Source: a virus
Length of the DNA: 64,000 nucleotides
Direction: 5' to 3' (one strand)
Virus record (IMG/VR): IMGVR_UViG_3300022890_000019
Coordinates: 10,218 to 74,217 of that record
Shown: one piece after another, positions 47,559-58,397 of the stretch
Layout of the letters: each line of letters starts with the position of its first letter
Numbering within the stretch: position 1 is the first letter of the stretch
Notes under the pieces: generated by a model
Seen by the model: only the letters and a program-made list of their open reading frames with translations
What the model was told of the DNA's origin: nothing
The model's database searches: none
Translations under genes and position numbers: made by a program

Positions 47559-48778
47559 TAGCTAAATTTTTTCTCTACCATATAATTAATCAATTTTTCA
47601 GTATCATCCCAAAAGTCCTTACAGTCTTCTTCGACATAAGGAGTAAGGTGGTGCTTGACCTTCCGTTGAAGTTTACCAAGTCCATCTTCTGCCTTTGAGA
47701 TTCTTGTTAGCTCTTCTTTAAGCTTTTTAGATTCATTACCGGTCTTCATATTCTCATAGAGACTGGTAGCATTCTCAAGTGTAAACTCAGGAGTATGACC
47801 CATCTTCAATAGCTCTGCATGGATAGCCTTAATAGAGTCGAATGCATTATCAGCATCTTTCTCTTTACCATCCAGGACAGATACCCTAAGCATATTAATA
47901 GCGTTAGTGTAGCTAGCTAGTGTAGAAGGGATCGTCTTGCCTATCTTGAAATCTAATTCTTCCTTCTGTCCATCGGTAATCTTACCTTTTTTATTCTGTA
48001 AGAGGTTATATAGCCTGGTCTTTAAATGTTCGTTATCCTTCTTGTTGAGGAAACGTATTGCACTTTTAGTGTCATTACCAAGGAATGTACCATCATACAT
48101 AATATCATTGTTACGATTACGATTGAGGATGTTGTAGAATATCAATTCCAATATTACAATGTGAGCTTCCAGACTCTTATCTTTATCAGGAGAGCAGTTA
48201 AGGACAATCTCAGGATACTTGTGGCATGCTTTTAACAAACCATTGCGTTGTACTGACATCCCTACCCCTTTCTCAGGAATATAAAACTCTGAATTTTGAA
48301 TTCTGTTGTTAAGCAAAAGAACCAATTCAATATACCTTTCCGGAGGCCATGTACGAATGAAACTCTCTGCATCAAAAACATTATCATAGAAGCTATTCTC
48401 ACTCTGAGCCTCAAGGGTTGCATTGTGAAGATAACCATAGAAAGAACCTGGATCTCTTTTATAGTCCAGCTCTGTCCTTGCTATCCTTTTAGAAATAAGG
48501 ATAAGATCTACCATAGTTTTATCAGCAAAGAGAGACATATCATATGTGTGAAAATCCCTGACCTTGGGAAAGGTTGTCGGATTTATGACAAAAGGAAACT
48601 TCTCTAACTCTTCAGCAGTCAACGGAGTGGCTCCTGTCTTCTTATCTACCGTCAGGTCTTGGCCTGTCATGTAGTTGTTACCTACCTTAGTGATAGGTAT
48701 AGTCCATGGATGCTTCTTATAGATAGGCTCCATGAAGATTACTTTTACTTTGTCTTTATTCTCTGTCGTTGTTGTCAT
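47558..48778 (-). CDS. conserved protein downstream of MCP (crAss gene-75-like)
   Basis: Position, plus C-terminal IMYDGTFLG...AIRFL...N motif. Confidence 0.6.
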   Translation of the reverse strand: MTTTTENKDKVKVIFMEPIYKKHPWTIPITKVGNNYMTGQDLTVDKKTGATPLTAEELEKFPFVINPTTFPKVRDFHTYDMSLFADKTMVDLILISKRIARTELDYKRDPGSFYGYLHNATLEAQSENSFYDNVFDAESFIRTWPPERYIELVLLLNNRIQNSEFYIPEKGVGMSVQRNGLLKACHKYPEIVLNCSPDKDKSLEAHIVILELIFYNILNRNRNNDIMYDGTFLGNDTKSAIRFLNKKDNEHLKTRLYNLLQNKKGKITDGQKEELDFKIGKTIPSTLASYTNAINMLRVSVLDGKEKDADNAFDSIKAIHAELLKMGHTPEFTLENATSLYENMKTGNESKKLKEELTRISKAEDGLGKLQRKVKHHLTPYVEEDCKDFWDDTEKLINYMVEKKFS

Positions 48779-48788
48779 AGTCTTTTTA

Positions 48789-50267
48789 TTACATTAAGTT
48801 GTTCAAGTAAGGTCTGTACAATTTAATAGGTTGAATCTGTGAGATAACACCATTCTGGATGAGTGCATGTTCTGAGGAACCGTCAACTTCAGATGAAATA
48901 TTCCCACCTTTGTCGATACCGGCTACAGTACCTTTACTCATAGGTCTCAACTGGATAAGCTGAATACCTCTGTCACCACTGGCAGTCAATCCTAGAGGTA
49001 GCATGATACCAACCCATTCATTAGACTTAGTACCGTCTTTAAGGACTTTACCAGGCCTACGTGATAGAGAGGTAGAACGGGTCAGGAGAAGCGTAATACC
49101 ACCCAAAGAATACCCTTTATAAGTGTTGTTGATGATCTTGTTATCACCGTCACCTATGATATTCTGATTCTGAGTAACATTCATACTGGCAAGCAATGTC
49201 TGCAAGTCGAAATATGATGTAGGATGTAAGAAAAGAGCAACCTCTCTCTTACCATTTTCGTCAGGTCTAATATACGTATCAATATCCCTAAGTAAAGCAG
49301 TAAGCACTGGTTCTGTCCATCCATTATTCAGTGGGAACTCAATAGGGCCATCTCCTGAATACAATACACCATTACCTGAGAGGATGTCCTGGTTAGCACC
49401 GTCAGTAAGAACTACCTCTTTGGTATCCTTGCTAACAGTTCCTTTTCCTTCGAGTAATTGGAAGTCAAGGTACCTGGCAATGTTCTTCATCATAATTTCT
49501 TCTGCTGCTGTGATAAAAGCTTTGTCTTCGTATCCTGGGATACCTACATAGCGACCTCTCACCTGTTTGTTTTTATCCATGGCTGCTGCAGTACCAGAGT
49601 AAGAATATTTAAACCTCTGTAGGGTAAGGTAAGCATCACCGAATCCACCGAAATCATACTTTTCATTACCTCCAACTGAGAAGTCCTGGGTATACTTAGA
49701 TGTTACGACCTGTACTTCGTCACCATCTTGCATAAGGTTTGTATCTACGTACTCTGACTTATTGTTACCATCAACTTTTACACGGTATCTCCATACTCCA
49801 CCGGAGACAGGTTCGCCTGCATCTTTGTCGATAATATATAGCTGTGTCTCACCATCAGCTAGGAGGATGACTTCGTTACCACCTGCATAGTTAGAATCCA
49901 GGTAGATATAGAAAGGAAGCTTACTCAAACCTGGTTGGCTAGCATTCGCTTCGTCTTCATAACAGACACCGTTAGGTCCTGGTCTGAATCTCTCTACACG
50001 ATAATCATCATTGGCAATACGATACTGTACATGGTTAGATGAAACAGTGTTGAATCTTCCTCCATCGAGCAACCAGTTTGTACCATAGTTAATGCCTTCT
50101 GTCTTGTAATTTTTAGCGTCAAGCAACGCTGTTAATGGAGCCATCTCTGGATACATGCTAAATATTGTAGTCATCATATCAGGATCTATAACTCCCATGT
50201 TTACTAACAAGCGACTTGTGATCGATTGTTGAGCAACAGTTACTTCGTTTCCGGGTACTAATCTCAT
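48789..50267 (-). CDS. major capsid protein
   Basis: 492 aa after portal and scaffold. Contains PLTALL, LTLQRFKYSYSGTA and ILSGNGV, resembling crAss-like HK97-fold MCPs. Confidence 0.85.
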   Translation of the reverse strand: MRLVPGNEVTVAQQSITSRLLVNMGVIDPDMMTTIFSMYPEMAPLTALLDAKNYKTEGINYGTNWLLDGGRFNTVSSNHVQYRIANDDYRVERFRPGPNGVCYEDEANASQPGLSKLPFYIYLDSNYAGGNEVILLADGETQLYIIDKDAGEPVSGGVWRYRVKVDGNNKSEYVDTNLMQDGDEVQVVTSKYTQDFSVGGNEKYDFGGFGDAYLTLQRFKYSYSGTAAAMDKNKQVRGRYVGIPGYEDKAFITAAEEIMMKNIARYLDFQLLEGKGTVSKDTKEVVLTDGANQDILSGNGVLYSGDGPIEFPLNNGWTEPVLTALLRDIDTYIRPDENGKREVALFLHPTSYFDLQTLLASMNVTQNQNIIGDGDNKIINNTYKGYSLGGITLLLTRSTSLSRRPGKVLKDGTKSNEWVGIMLPLGLTASGDRGIQLIQLRPMSKGTVAGIDKGGNISSEVDGSSEHALIQNGVISQIQPIKLYRPYLNNLM

Positions 50268-50306
50268 TTTCTTTATTATTTAAAATGATTAGTGAGTGGG
50301 TGAGTA

Positions 50307-51455
50307 CTACTTTTTCTTAGCAGCAGCCATAAAGGCATTCATATCAAAGCCTGGCTTGTCATGTTGACCAGCTCCAGGTTGTATGTTGTCTTTTCTGTCC
50401 CCTTTTAACTTTCTTTCTAGATCTTCTTTCTTAGCCTCAAGTGCGTCAGCATTGAAACCATCAATCTTACCCTTATGTACTAAGTACAGGTAAGAGAGAA
50501 TGTTTAATGATTGTTTAGGATTCTGGAAGATTTCATTTAAGACCACATCAGCTTTGCTGGCAATATAAGGTCTTCCATCTACTTCCAATACTTCCTTCTT
50601 GGTAAACTCTGGTAAAAACTCGATGTATTCTTGTCTATCGGATTCTCCGAACTCAAATCCACCTATATTAGTTTTCTCTTTGTTTTCGTCAATATATGTA
50701 TTTAACAGTACTTCTGTTTCAGCCTGAGCAGTCTCAAGGTCTGCATTCATCCTAACCTTGTTTTGCTCATTGATATTATATTCTCTATTGCTCTGGACAT
50801 TCTGCATATTAGATTTGAACTTGTTAGCTTCAAACTCTGCATCAATGTCATCCATCTTGTCAAGTTTTGACTGTACCATGTCATCACTCCACTCTAGCTT
50901 GTTCGCTTGAGCATGACTCTTATAGACCTCTTTAAGGAAGTCTTTAGCAGGAAGGTTCATCACGTTAGACTCTTTCTGCTTTGTCTGAAGAAACTTAGAT
51001 CTATCAAAATCTTTTTTCTGGGACTCTTCTAGGTACTCTACAATAAAAGGATCTCTTATCACAGGAGGATTGTTTGCTATGATATGGTCCTGTAGCATCT
51101 TATATCTCTCTGCCTCGGTAAGGTCTTCTCCACTTTCTTTCTTTCCTGTAAGGATTTCTTTTGGCAGTTCATACTTACCATCTTCTCCTTTATAGGTTTC
51201 TGCCAATCCTTTCCAATAAGGATCTAAATCTACCTGAGTACCACTACCTGCAGCAGCAGCATCAGCAGCCAACTTCTCAGCAGCTAGTGTAGCCTCATCT
51301 TTAATTCCATCACCAGCACCGGCACCGGCACCTGAGTCGCCAGTACCATCAGGATTACCACCAGGATTACCTCTTGCTGCATCCATAAATTTCTGCTGAT
51401 CAAAATCACCATCTTTGATTTCAATACCGTCTGTGTTCTTGTTCTCGTCTTCCAT
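50307..51455 (-). CDS. putative capsid scaffolding protein
   Basis: Acidic, low-complexity N-terminus and helical body, located between portal and MCP. Confidence 0.65.
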   Translation of the reverse strand: MEDENKNTDGIEIKDGDFDQQKFMDAARGNPGGNPDGTGDSGAGAGAGDGIKDEATLAAEKLAADAAAAGSGTQVDLDPYWKGLAETYKGEDGKYELPKEILTGKKESGEDLTEAERYKMLQDHIIANNPPVIRDPFIVEYLEESQKKDFDRSKFLQTKQKESNVMNLPAKDFLKEVYKSHAQANKLEWSDDMVQSKLDKMDDIDAEFEANKFKSNMQNVQSNREYNINEQNKVRMNADLETAQAETEVLLNTYIDENKEKTNIGGFEFGESDRQEYIEFLPEFTKKEVLEVDGRPYIASKADVVLNEIFQNPKQSLNILSYLYLVHKGKIDGFNADALEAKKEDLERKLKGDRKDNIQPGAGQHDKPGFDMNAFMAAAKKK

Positions 51456-51475
51456 TGTTTGTATTATTTATGTAA

Positions 51476-51506
51476 CAAATATAAAAAATTAGTTATTTAA
51501 AGTCAA
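51476..51506 (-). promoter_or_regulatory. Bacteroidota-type promoter for scaffold/capsid genes
   Basis: Minus strand TTG(ACTTT)-N20-TATATTTG in the 51-bp intergenic gap. Confidence 0.75.
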
Positions 51507-54161
51507 CTACTTATCGCTGACATGTTCTTTTACCATCTTTTTAGCCTTCTCCTTTTCTACCTTTACCTTCTCTTTACCTATCTCATGATTACTAGATAGG
51601 TTAGCCATTCCCATGATATTGTTCATCTGTAGTTCCAACACACTGATCTTTTCACTGATAGTAGAATGTTTATCGTTATTGGAGAGGACTGCATTTTCAC
51701 TCTGTTGTTCGTTGAGTAGTTCGAAATACTTCAGCTTAGCATCGATATCTATCTTCTTCTCTGCAAGCTGACGGTCTAAGTTTTCTGACTGAGCTTTTAC
51801 GTTCTCTTTCTCCATAGCTATCTGCCCTTGGAGCTGTTGTATCTGCATCTGTGAGTCTGCGGAGAACTTAGCCATCTCTTTTTGCAGTTGTATCCTCTGT
51901 CCTTCTACCTTCTCCCTACTTGCCCTTTCAGCTTGAGCATTTTCTTGCTGCATGTCTTCTGCCTGATCTACAAAGTACTTTACCTTGTTCTTCATAGCTA
52001 CCAGCGTTTCACTATCATAGGTCTCTATAATAGCAGAGAAAGGTAATGTTCCGGACTTAAAAGCCATCATGGAAAGGTTCCTTAGTTCATCTACCTTACG
52101 TTGCTCTTCAGAGTTATCCATTACCATTACTTCAAATTGGATACCCTTAAACAGATTCTTAGGTAGCTTAACAAAGTCTCTACCAAAGTCATTGTCCTGT
52201 ATCTCAAGGACTGACTCTTTATGCATACAATACTTTCCTGCAAGGTTTAAGACCTGTGTAAGTGCTTTAGCCTCTATCTGGTCATGATCGTGATAAAGTA
52301 TCTCTGTGATTAGCTGAGCCCTCTGTATGGACTCTTTAAAGGTACCTACCTGGTCCGTGTTCACCACTTGTCCCTGTCGCTGTCTTGGGATACCTATAAT
52401 GTTACCTATAGCATCTTCTAACTGTGCTAGCATATTCTCAAGATACTGTACACTCTGACTCAACGATAGATCTATCATCTGCCATTGGTTGAAAGAGGCG
52501 TTTTTAGGCCTCCCTGTGACACTATCTACAGTTTCTATAGGTATAGTACCCTTCTTCTTCTGATACTCGTATTCCGCGTCTTCTAGTGTGGAGTTCTTCT
52601 GTGACTGGTCGAAGATAATAGTCTTGGTTCCTGATACTGCTAACATGAGCTCTCTCATAGTATAGACAATATCATAAAGCTCTTGTAAGTCCTTGGTAGT
52701 CCAGATAAGACTATAAGGTTGCTTGGAGATGTCACTGAAGGTAGGTCCTACAATAGGAAGCTTCACATCACCATAGCTGTCTACACTTCTAGGAGCCTCC
52801 TCTTTCTTTCTACACTGTATGATAATATCATTCTCTATAACTATTCCCTGGTAGACATCGTTGATAGGATATTCCTTCATGTACTCACCCCTGGACTCGC
52901 GATAGCATTCTACCTCTTTCCTGTTATGCTTTTCTTTCTTATCTTTCTTATTGGTATATACACCTTCACGGTAGTGATAGTTGTCTTCATTGATAACCTT
53001 CTTACCATCATCAGAGAAGTGACGGAAGAACTTATTAGGATCATACTTGTTAGGAGAATATTTTACCCTTATCTTCCTTGGTATCTTTACAAAGACTCTC
53101 TTGACCTTTATACCCTGTGAATTTTCAAAGCTACCCTGATAAGGACCATTGTAGTCTACACCACCGTAAGGAGTACTTACAAAGCGTGTAGAGGTAGAAG
53201 TCTTAAAGCTTGCTGTCTCTGATAACTCTTTTAGCTTGTTGTTACCATACTTGGTTACTATGTCTGTACCAAACTCACGATACAACTGTTGGTAGCTCAT
53301 CACCTCTTCTAGTATTACCCATGGACCATCTTGTACCCATGGGATGTTAGGAATCTTAGGATAGCGTATCTTGGTAGAGCTTACATTATCCATCCTGGGC
53401 CACTTCTCTCCCTGGATGTAGTCTACATAGTAATATTGCTTTCCTGTGACGATATGAGAGATGAAGTTGTTACCGGACTTTCCTTTTATGTTTAGATCTC
53501 TTCTAAGCTTTATCATAAGCTTCTGAGCTCTCTCTTCTTCGATATCTTTATGGGAATACCTATAGTATCTCTGTAGTTGCTCTATCTGCTTCTCGTCAAT
53601 AGAGTCTTCTGCCTTTATAACTTCTATAAGGTGGTTTATCTCTATCTCCATATAAGGTAGCTGCATCTCCATCATACGCATGGACTCAAACTCTTTCTCA
53701 TTCTGAGGTTCCCTCTGTAGTGCTTGCTTTAGCTGCTCTATCTGAGACTGTAGCTTATAGATATTAGTGATGTTTCCATAGTGCTTCTGACGTATCAGCA
53801 TAGTGATGTCATTCATAGCTGCCATGATCCTCTGTTGTGACTTCTTCTTTACCGATCCTTCGTCTACTGAGGATATACTGAAAACAAAAGGCCTGCGTAC
53901 CTGCTGAGAGGAGAGAGAGTCTAAGAGGTGTTTCTGCAAAGGAATATGTCTTGGCTTAGCAGGAAGGCTATACTTCCCTACCTCTAAGAGATAGTTAAAC
54001 CTGTCCTCATTGAGTTCGTTATGATAGTACTGCCAGCATATCTCATCCCTGGTAATATCAGCACTATTACCACTGTCTGCCTGAACATAATGCTTAACAA
54101 GCTTTTCTATCCATTCAGGAGTCTTCTTATTGTCCGATACATATAACTCGTTAAATTCCAT
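51507..54161 (-). CDS. portal protein
   Basis: 884 aa directly after TerL. Contains RRPF, KLPIVG, YSLI..TKDLQELYDI, FNQWQMIDLSL, IGIPRQRQGQ and a C-terminal coiled-coil barrel. Confidence 0.88.
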   Translation of the reverse strand: MEFNELYVSDNKKTPEWIEKLVKHYVQADSGNSADITRDEICWQYYHNELNEDRFNYLLEVGKYSLPAKPRHIPLQKHLLDSLSSQQVRRPFVFSISSVDEGSVKKKSQQRIMAAMNDITMLIRQKHYGNITNIYKLQSQIEQLKQALQREPQNEKEFESMRMMEMQLPYMEIEINHLIEVIKAEDSIDEKQIEQLQRYYRYSHKDIEEERAQKLMIKLRRDLNIKGKSGNNFISHIVTGKQYYYVDYIQGEKWPRMDNVSSTKIRYPKIPNIPWVQDGPWVILEEVMSYQQLYREFGTDIVTKYGNNKLKELSETASFKTSTSTRFVSTPYGGVDYNGPYQGSFENSQGIKVKRVFVKIPRKIRVKYSPNKYDPNKFFRHFSDDGKKVINEDNYHYREGVYTNKKDKKEKHNRKEVECYRESRGEYMKEYPINDVYQGIVIENDIIIQCRKKEEAPRSVDSYGDVKLPIVGPTFSDISKQPYSLIWTTKDLQELYDIVYTMRELMLAVSGTKTIIFDQSQKNSTLEDAEYEYQKKKGTIPIETVDSVTGRPKNASFNQWQMIDLSLSQSVQYLENMLAQLEDAIGNIIGIPRQRQGQVVNTDQVGTFKESIQRAQLITEILYHDHDQIEAKALTQVLNLAGKYCMHKESVLEIQDNDFGRDFVKLPKNLFKGIQFEVMVMDNSEEQRKVDELRNLSMMAFKSGTLPFSAIIETYDSETLVAMKNKVKYFVDQAEDMQQENAQAERASREKVEGQRIQLQKEMAKFSADSQMQIQQLQGQIAMEKENVKAQSENLDRQLAEKKIDIDAKLKYFELLNEQQSENAVLSNNDKHSTISEKISVLELQMNNIMGMANLSSNHEIGKEKVKVEKEKAKKMVKEHVSDK

Positions 54162-54166
54162 AATAT

Positions 54167-57100
54167 TTATACAAATTTAGATGATATTCCGTTAGCACTC
54201 CTCTTATAAACCAAAAAACCTTTCTTATCAGTCTCTTTATGAGCATCTACCTTTGTCACAGGAATGAGCTCATCTTCTTTCATACCAACCTCTGTCTCAC
54301 AGAAGGCAATAGTAATATCACAATTATATTTTTTCCCTGAAGGATCATAACGATACTGAGCCAAGGCAACTACCATCTCTATAAAATACATGTTGTTGAT
54401 AGAGTCTTCTGTCAGTGATGAGGATCCTATAGCTAGTATCTGAGGCTTGAGAGCCCTGTCAGTACCATAACGGTTACTCACCTGAGACTTTCCTATCATC
54501 CCTGCAAAGGCTAAGCGTGGTCTCTCCTTGAGTAAGAAGTCATAGCCATGATCACTAAACCATTGGAAGATACGTAAGTTAGAATATTCTATATTTATAT
54601 TGCCAAAGCATCCAAACCATATACCGGCCATAGCACAGTGAAGATAAAAAGCTTCTGCTCCTCCATGTTCTACTGAAGGTCTTTCTAGTATCTGAGCTAC
54701 ATATAGATTAGCAACAGACTCTTTCTTGTAAGGATTGAATCCCTTCTTGATATACATAGCACCTTTAGACTTGGAAGTGTGGGCTTCATCCTGGTCGTAG
54801 CTGTCACAATTATGATATCCTATATGATGTCCAATATAAGTATGGGTATCACATTCAAAGTTGTAAACTGTTCCGGTATATTTTTCTTTTTCAATATTCT
54901 TTATCTTAAAATATATAAACCTATTATCAGCACTTAAAAAACAACTATCTTTTGGCCTTCTTCTTACTTTTGGTAAGTTTTTAAAATCTATTCTTTGTAT
55001 TTTAAGATCATTCTTACAATCTAACTGCTCTACCAAGTTTAAAGTATCATGATGTGTAAAACGTAACTGATAACACTCTCTTGTTTTACTCTTTTTAGGA
55101 TTACCTGGAAATATATGTACAGATGCGTCTCTAAGTTTACATAAACTAGATACTATACCTAATGAGAATCCTATATCCTGAATAGATTCTAATAATTCTA
55201 AGTTAACACTTATATATTGTATATTATAATATCCTCTTAGGTGTTTTGAAATACATCCATCAGAATCTAGATATCCAAGCATTAAGCTTCTCTTTAAATC
55301 TTTTTTAATATATTTAGCCCATTCAGGTATCCTCTTTCCATAAGAATATTTTCCAAAATGCTTTGTTAAAAATAAGTTTAACTGAGAAATAGAAAACGTA
55401 CACTCTGTAGACCCATTTCTTTTTCTACAGCTTACTTTTCTATTAAATAATCTAAGTACTATTTCCTCTAATTTTTTTAGATAAAAAGACTCCTTACTAT
55501 TTATAGATATAGAAATTTTCTTATAGTGATTATCACAGTATCCATCACCAAGCCATAATCCAACAAACCACCAAAAATCTTTATCAAATAATGGATTATC
55601 AATCCTCCTATCAATCCTGCAATTTTCATCATCCCATAAACTACACATAATAAGATCTTTTGATTCTTTATTATATAAATTAGGAACCCTTGTCCAATCT
55701 CCCACATTTATATCTTTAGCTTGCTCATAAGAAAAATCAAAAGCATCTTCATTAACTGTCTTATCTGAATGAAACTTTGGTTTAGTTATTAATACAGGGT
55801 GTTCTTCTGTTACTGTATTAGTTCTAAATGTATTCCCTGACTTAATAGTATACACATCAGAGTCTATTTTCATTCTCTTAAAAAAGTTTTGTATTTCTAC
55901 ATAATCTCCATATTCATTAACAAGTTTATCATTTTCAAAAACATTTTCTGCATTTTTTAATCCATCATTAGTTATCACTTTTTCTCCTGGCAGCAAACAT
56001 CCTCCACGATACAATCCTCTATAATGATGATCTTTCTCATCGAGTTCTGGCTCCTCTATAATTTTTAACCATCCATTAGTTTCGTCAGGTTCAAACTTAA
56101 AGCCTTTCTTCCAGTTAGTACCTTCTATAAACTCTAGTCTTCCTGTCCGTACTACCTGAAGTTCTTTCTTAGTCCTAAGCTGTGTCTTCCTTGCGTTTAA
56201 CAGTTGTATCTTATATTCTCCAAAGAAGCCTGCTACAGTCGTTAAGAAAGCCTCTGAAGCATAGATAGGTCTCTGGGTGATAAACTTATATCTGTCCTCT
56301 GGTTTTTTAAGAGACCTTCTTCGTAAGATATCCATCCTACTCTCTCTTCGTAGTGGGTTACCATCTTCATCGACTTTAAGATACCAGTCTTTACCTGTAA
56401 AGTGTCCTACCTTAACAGATTGATCAGGATTTTCTTTCTCAAAGACATTATCAAAGGATAATATATTATATTCTTCAGGGTTATAATGACGTAGTTCTAA
56501 GTCATATATGCCTTCATCCATCTCCCCTGCGGTTCCGATAAAAAACTGCCAACCCGTTTTTTCTCCTTCAGTTTCTATAGAGGGATCAATATATTTAGCT
56601 ACCTCTAAAGACCATCCCTTCACTCCTTTACCAATCTCTTCATACCATACAACAAATGGACTGAACCTTGATGCAGTCTGGAAGTCGTTCTTAGCTGTAA
56701 GTGAATAGATCTCAGCACCATAGTTCTTAGCCTTTACATATTTCTTACTGTCTCCACCCCTCTTACGTTCTTTGTAGAACTGAGTGTTAGCCAGATTATC
56801 TAATCCCTCAATGGTACGCTGCATAGTATGATCTGCATCTGCCTGTACACCACCAATGATTAAGTTCTGTGAGTCAGGATAGAAAGTATAATTATATCCT
56901 ATTACCATACCAGCACCTTTTTCGCTTATCCCTATCTGCCTACATTTTAATTCCTGTCCATCTTTGTTCTGGTCAAACATCATCTCTACACGCATGGCAA
57001 AGAAGAAGTCCATACCTAAGAATCTAGGATTGGTAAGTCCCTTGCTTTTAGATCCTTTTTTAGTACCATAGATAGGCCAGAAGTTAAGATAAAAATAATG

Positions 57101-57418
57101 TCTTCCAGATATCCATACAGTCCTATCTTTTATCAGTAGATCATATAAAGGGATATAGCAGTCTCCATTAGGATACCAGATAGCATCGATACCGTCAATC
57201 ATCATATCACCACCAGGAGCAATAGCATCTTTTACAGTATATCCGTTCATACATCTGTCTATCTGCTTACTCCACCATGCAACATCTATAAAGTAGTTTC
57301 CTTTCTTGAGAAATTCCTTATCGATAGTCTCAGGAGTCTTGTGAAAATAATCCTGTGGATCAGGAAGATCTTCTTCAAAAACAACTGGACTGAATCTTTT
57401 ACTATTAACGAATTTCAT
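54167..57418 (-). CDS. terL: terminase large subunit, intein-containing (686 aa after splicing)
   Basis: ISGRHYFYLNF, LKCRQIGISE (Walker A variant), VWYEEIGK (Walker B), GTAG, and nuclease motif GG/CDSYDQD split by the intein. Confidence 0.92.
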   Translation of the reverse strand: MKFVNSKRFSPVVFEEDLPDPQDYFHKTPETIDKEFLKKGNYFIDVAWWSKQIDRCMNGYTVKDAIAPGGDMMIDGIDAIWYPNGDCYIPLYDLLIKDRTVWISGRHYFYLNFWPIYGTKKGSKSKGLTNPRFLGMDFFFAMRVEMMFDQNKDGQELKCRQIGISEKGAGMVIGYNYTFYPDSQNLIIGGVQADADHTMQRTIEGLDNLANTQFYKERKRGGDSKKYVKAKNYGAEIYSLTAKNDFQTASRFSPFVVWYEEIGKGVKGWSLEVAKYIDPSIETEGEKTGWQFFIGTAGEMDEGIYDLELRHYNPEEYNILSFDNVFEKENPDQSVKVGHFTGKDWYLKVDEDGNPLRRESRMDILRRRSLKKPEDRYKFITQRPIYASEAFLTTVAGFFGEYKIQLLNARKTQLRTKKELQVVRTGRLEFIEGTNWKKGFKFEPDETNGWLKIIEEPELDEKDHHYRGLYRGGCLLPGEKVITNDGLKNAENVFENDKLVNEYGDYVEIQNFFKRMKIDSDVYTIKSGNTFRTNTVTEEHPVLITKPKFHSDKTVNEDAFDFSYEQAKDINVGDWTRVPNLYNKESKDLIMCSLWDDENCRIDRRIDNPLFDKDFWWFVGLWLGDGYCDNHYKKISISINSKESFYLKKLEEIVLRLFNRKVSCRKRNGSTECTFSISQLNLFLTKHFGKYSYGKRIPEWAKYIKKDLKRSLMLGYLDSDGCISKHLRGYYNIQYISVNLELLESIQDIGFSLGIVSSLCKLRDASVHIFPGNPKKSKTRECYQLRFTHHDTLNLVEQLDCKNDLKIQRIDFKNLPKVRRRPKDSCFLSADNRFIYFKIKNIEKEKYTGTVYNFECDTHTYIGHHIGYHNCDSYDQDEAHTSKSKGAMYIKKGFNPYKKESVANLYVAQILERPSVEHGGAEAFYLHCAMAGIWFGCFGNINIEYSNLRIFQWFSDHGYDFLLKERPRLAFAGMIGKSQVSNRYGTDRALKPQILAIGSSSLTEDSINNMYFIEMVVALAQYRYDPSGKKYNCDITIAFCETEVGMKEDELIPVTKVDAHKETDKKGFLVYKRSANGISSKFV
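54809..55999 (-). mobile_element. intein with LAGLIDADG homing endonuclease (397 aa)
   Basis: Block A CLLPGEKVIT, block B VTEEHPV, LAGLIDADG motifs VGLWLGDG and MLGYLDSDG, blocks F/G VYNFECDTHTYI...YHN followed by +1 Cys. Confidence 0.95.
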
Positions 57419-57424
57419 ACTTTA

Positions 57425-58057
57425 TTATTTACGAAAGTCTCTACTATCAAATAATCTTAACCCTGATCCCTTTTTTACTTCTATCTCCTCTTGAGATATT
57501 TTTTCTCTGATCTGCTGCTCCAGGGTGATAATGTCACTGGCTCTTTTTAATGCTTCTATCTTGGCCTTGCTGTTATCGATATCTATCACAATATCTACAT
57601 AGGCCTTCTCTCTTCTGTCATTGCCTTCTGCATCTTTAAAATCTACTGTGATCTCTTGTGTTACCTTTTCCTTCTTAGTGAAGGGTATCTTCTGGATATG
57701 CTCTTTAAGCTCTTCTAGATCTCCTTTGATGGAAAGATAGAATCTCTCTGTAGAGGTGTGGTTGTCTCTTATAAACTGATCTATAAAGGCCTGGACCTTC
57801 TTGTTCTTCTCTGCCTTCTCCCAATCGAATTCCTGGAAGTATTCCCTGGCCACCCTATCCTTACGTTCCTTTAATAGGAGATAGTGTAAGGGGTGATCTT
57901 TTATATAGGTATGGTATGTGTACTTGGTGATGTCATGGAAGAATCCTTTGTCAGCAGACTTATCAAAAGAATATAAGCTTTTAACAACAGAGAAAGACAT
58001 TGCTTCAGGAGTTACTTCTACCTGACCTGTTTCCTTATCTAGTGTTATAAAACTCAT
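57425..58057 (-). CDS. conserved protein upstream of terL (possible terminase small subunit)
   Basis: Position, DKSADK motif, helical coiled C-terminus. Confidence 0.5.
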   Translation of the reverse strand: MSFITLDKETGQVEVTPEAMSFSVVKSLYSFDKSADKGFFHDITKYTYHTYIKDHPLHYLLLKERKDRVAREYFQEFDWEKAEKNKKVQAFIDQFIRDNHTSTERFYLSIKGDLEELKEHIQKIPFTKKEKVTQEITVDFKDAEGNDRREKAYVDIVIDIDNSKAKIEALKRASDIITLEQQIREKISQEEIEVKKGSGLRLFDSRDFRK

Positions 58058-58299
58058 ATCCTTTTAAATATTTGTCTGTTTAGGTAATCGTCTAGCTGTT
58101 CTTGAGTCATGTTAGCCTTAATGCCATCGTTTCCTAAGCGTAGTAAGACGATCTTATAACTCTTGAAGGTTTTCCTCTTACCCTTACTTTTAGTGAATAA
58201 AGGGGCTATTTCAATGATCTTGAATTCCTCTGATCCCCTGACGTAAATAAACTTGTCTCCTATAGCATATTTACATTCTTTTTCTATGGTGCTTGCCAT
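58054..58299 (-). CDS. hypothetical protein
   Basis: ATGA-coupled; starts with KYAIGDK, an SH3-like pattern. Confidence 0.55.
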   Translation of the reverse strand: MASTIEKECKYAIGDKFIYVRGSEEFKIIEIAPLFTKSKGKRKTFKSYKIVLLRLGNDGIKANMTQEQLDDYLNRQIFKRI

Positions 58300-58397
58300 C
58301 TGTAATCTTCTTTCTTTTACTCTCTGACTCTGAATAGAAAAATATACTGTTCAGAGATATCTTGATCTTGAATCTTTTGAAAAACCTTCTTATCCCT

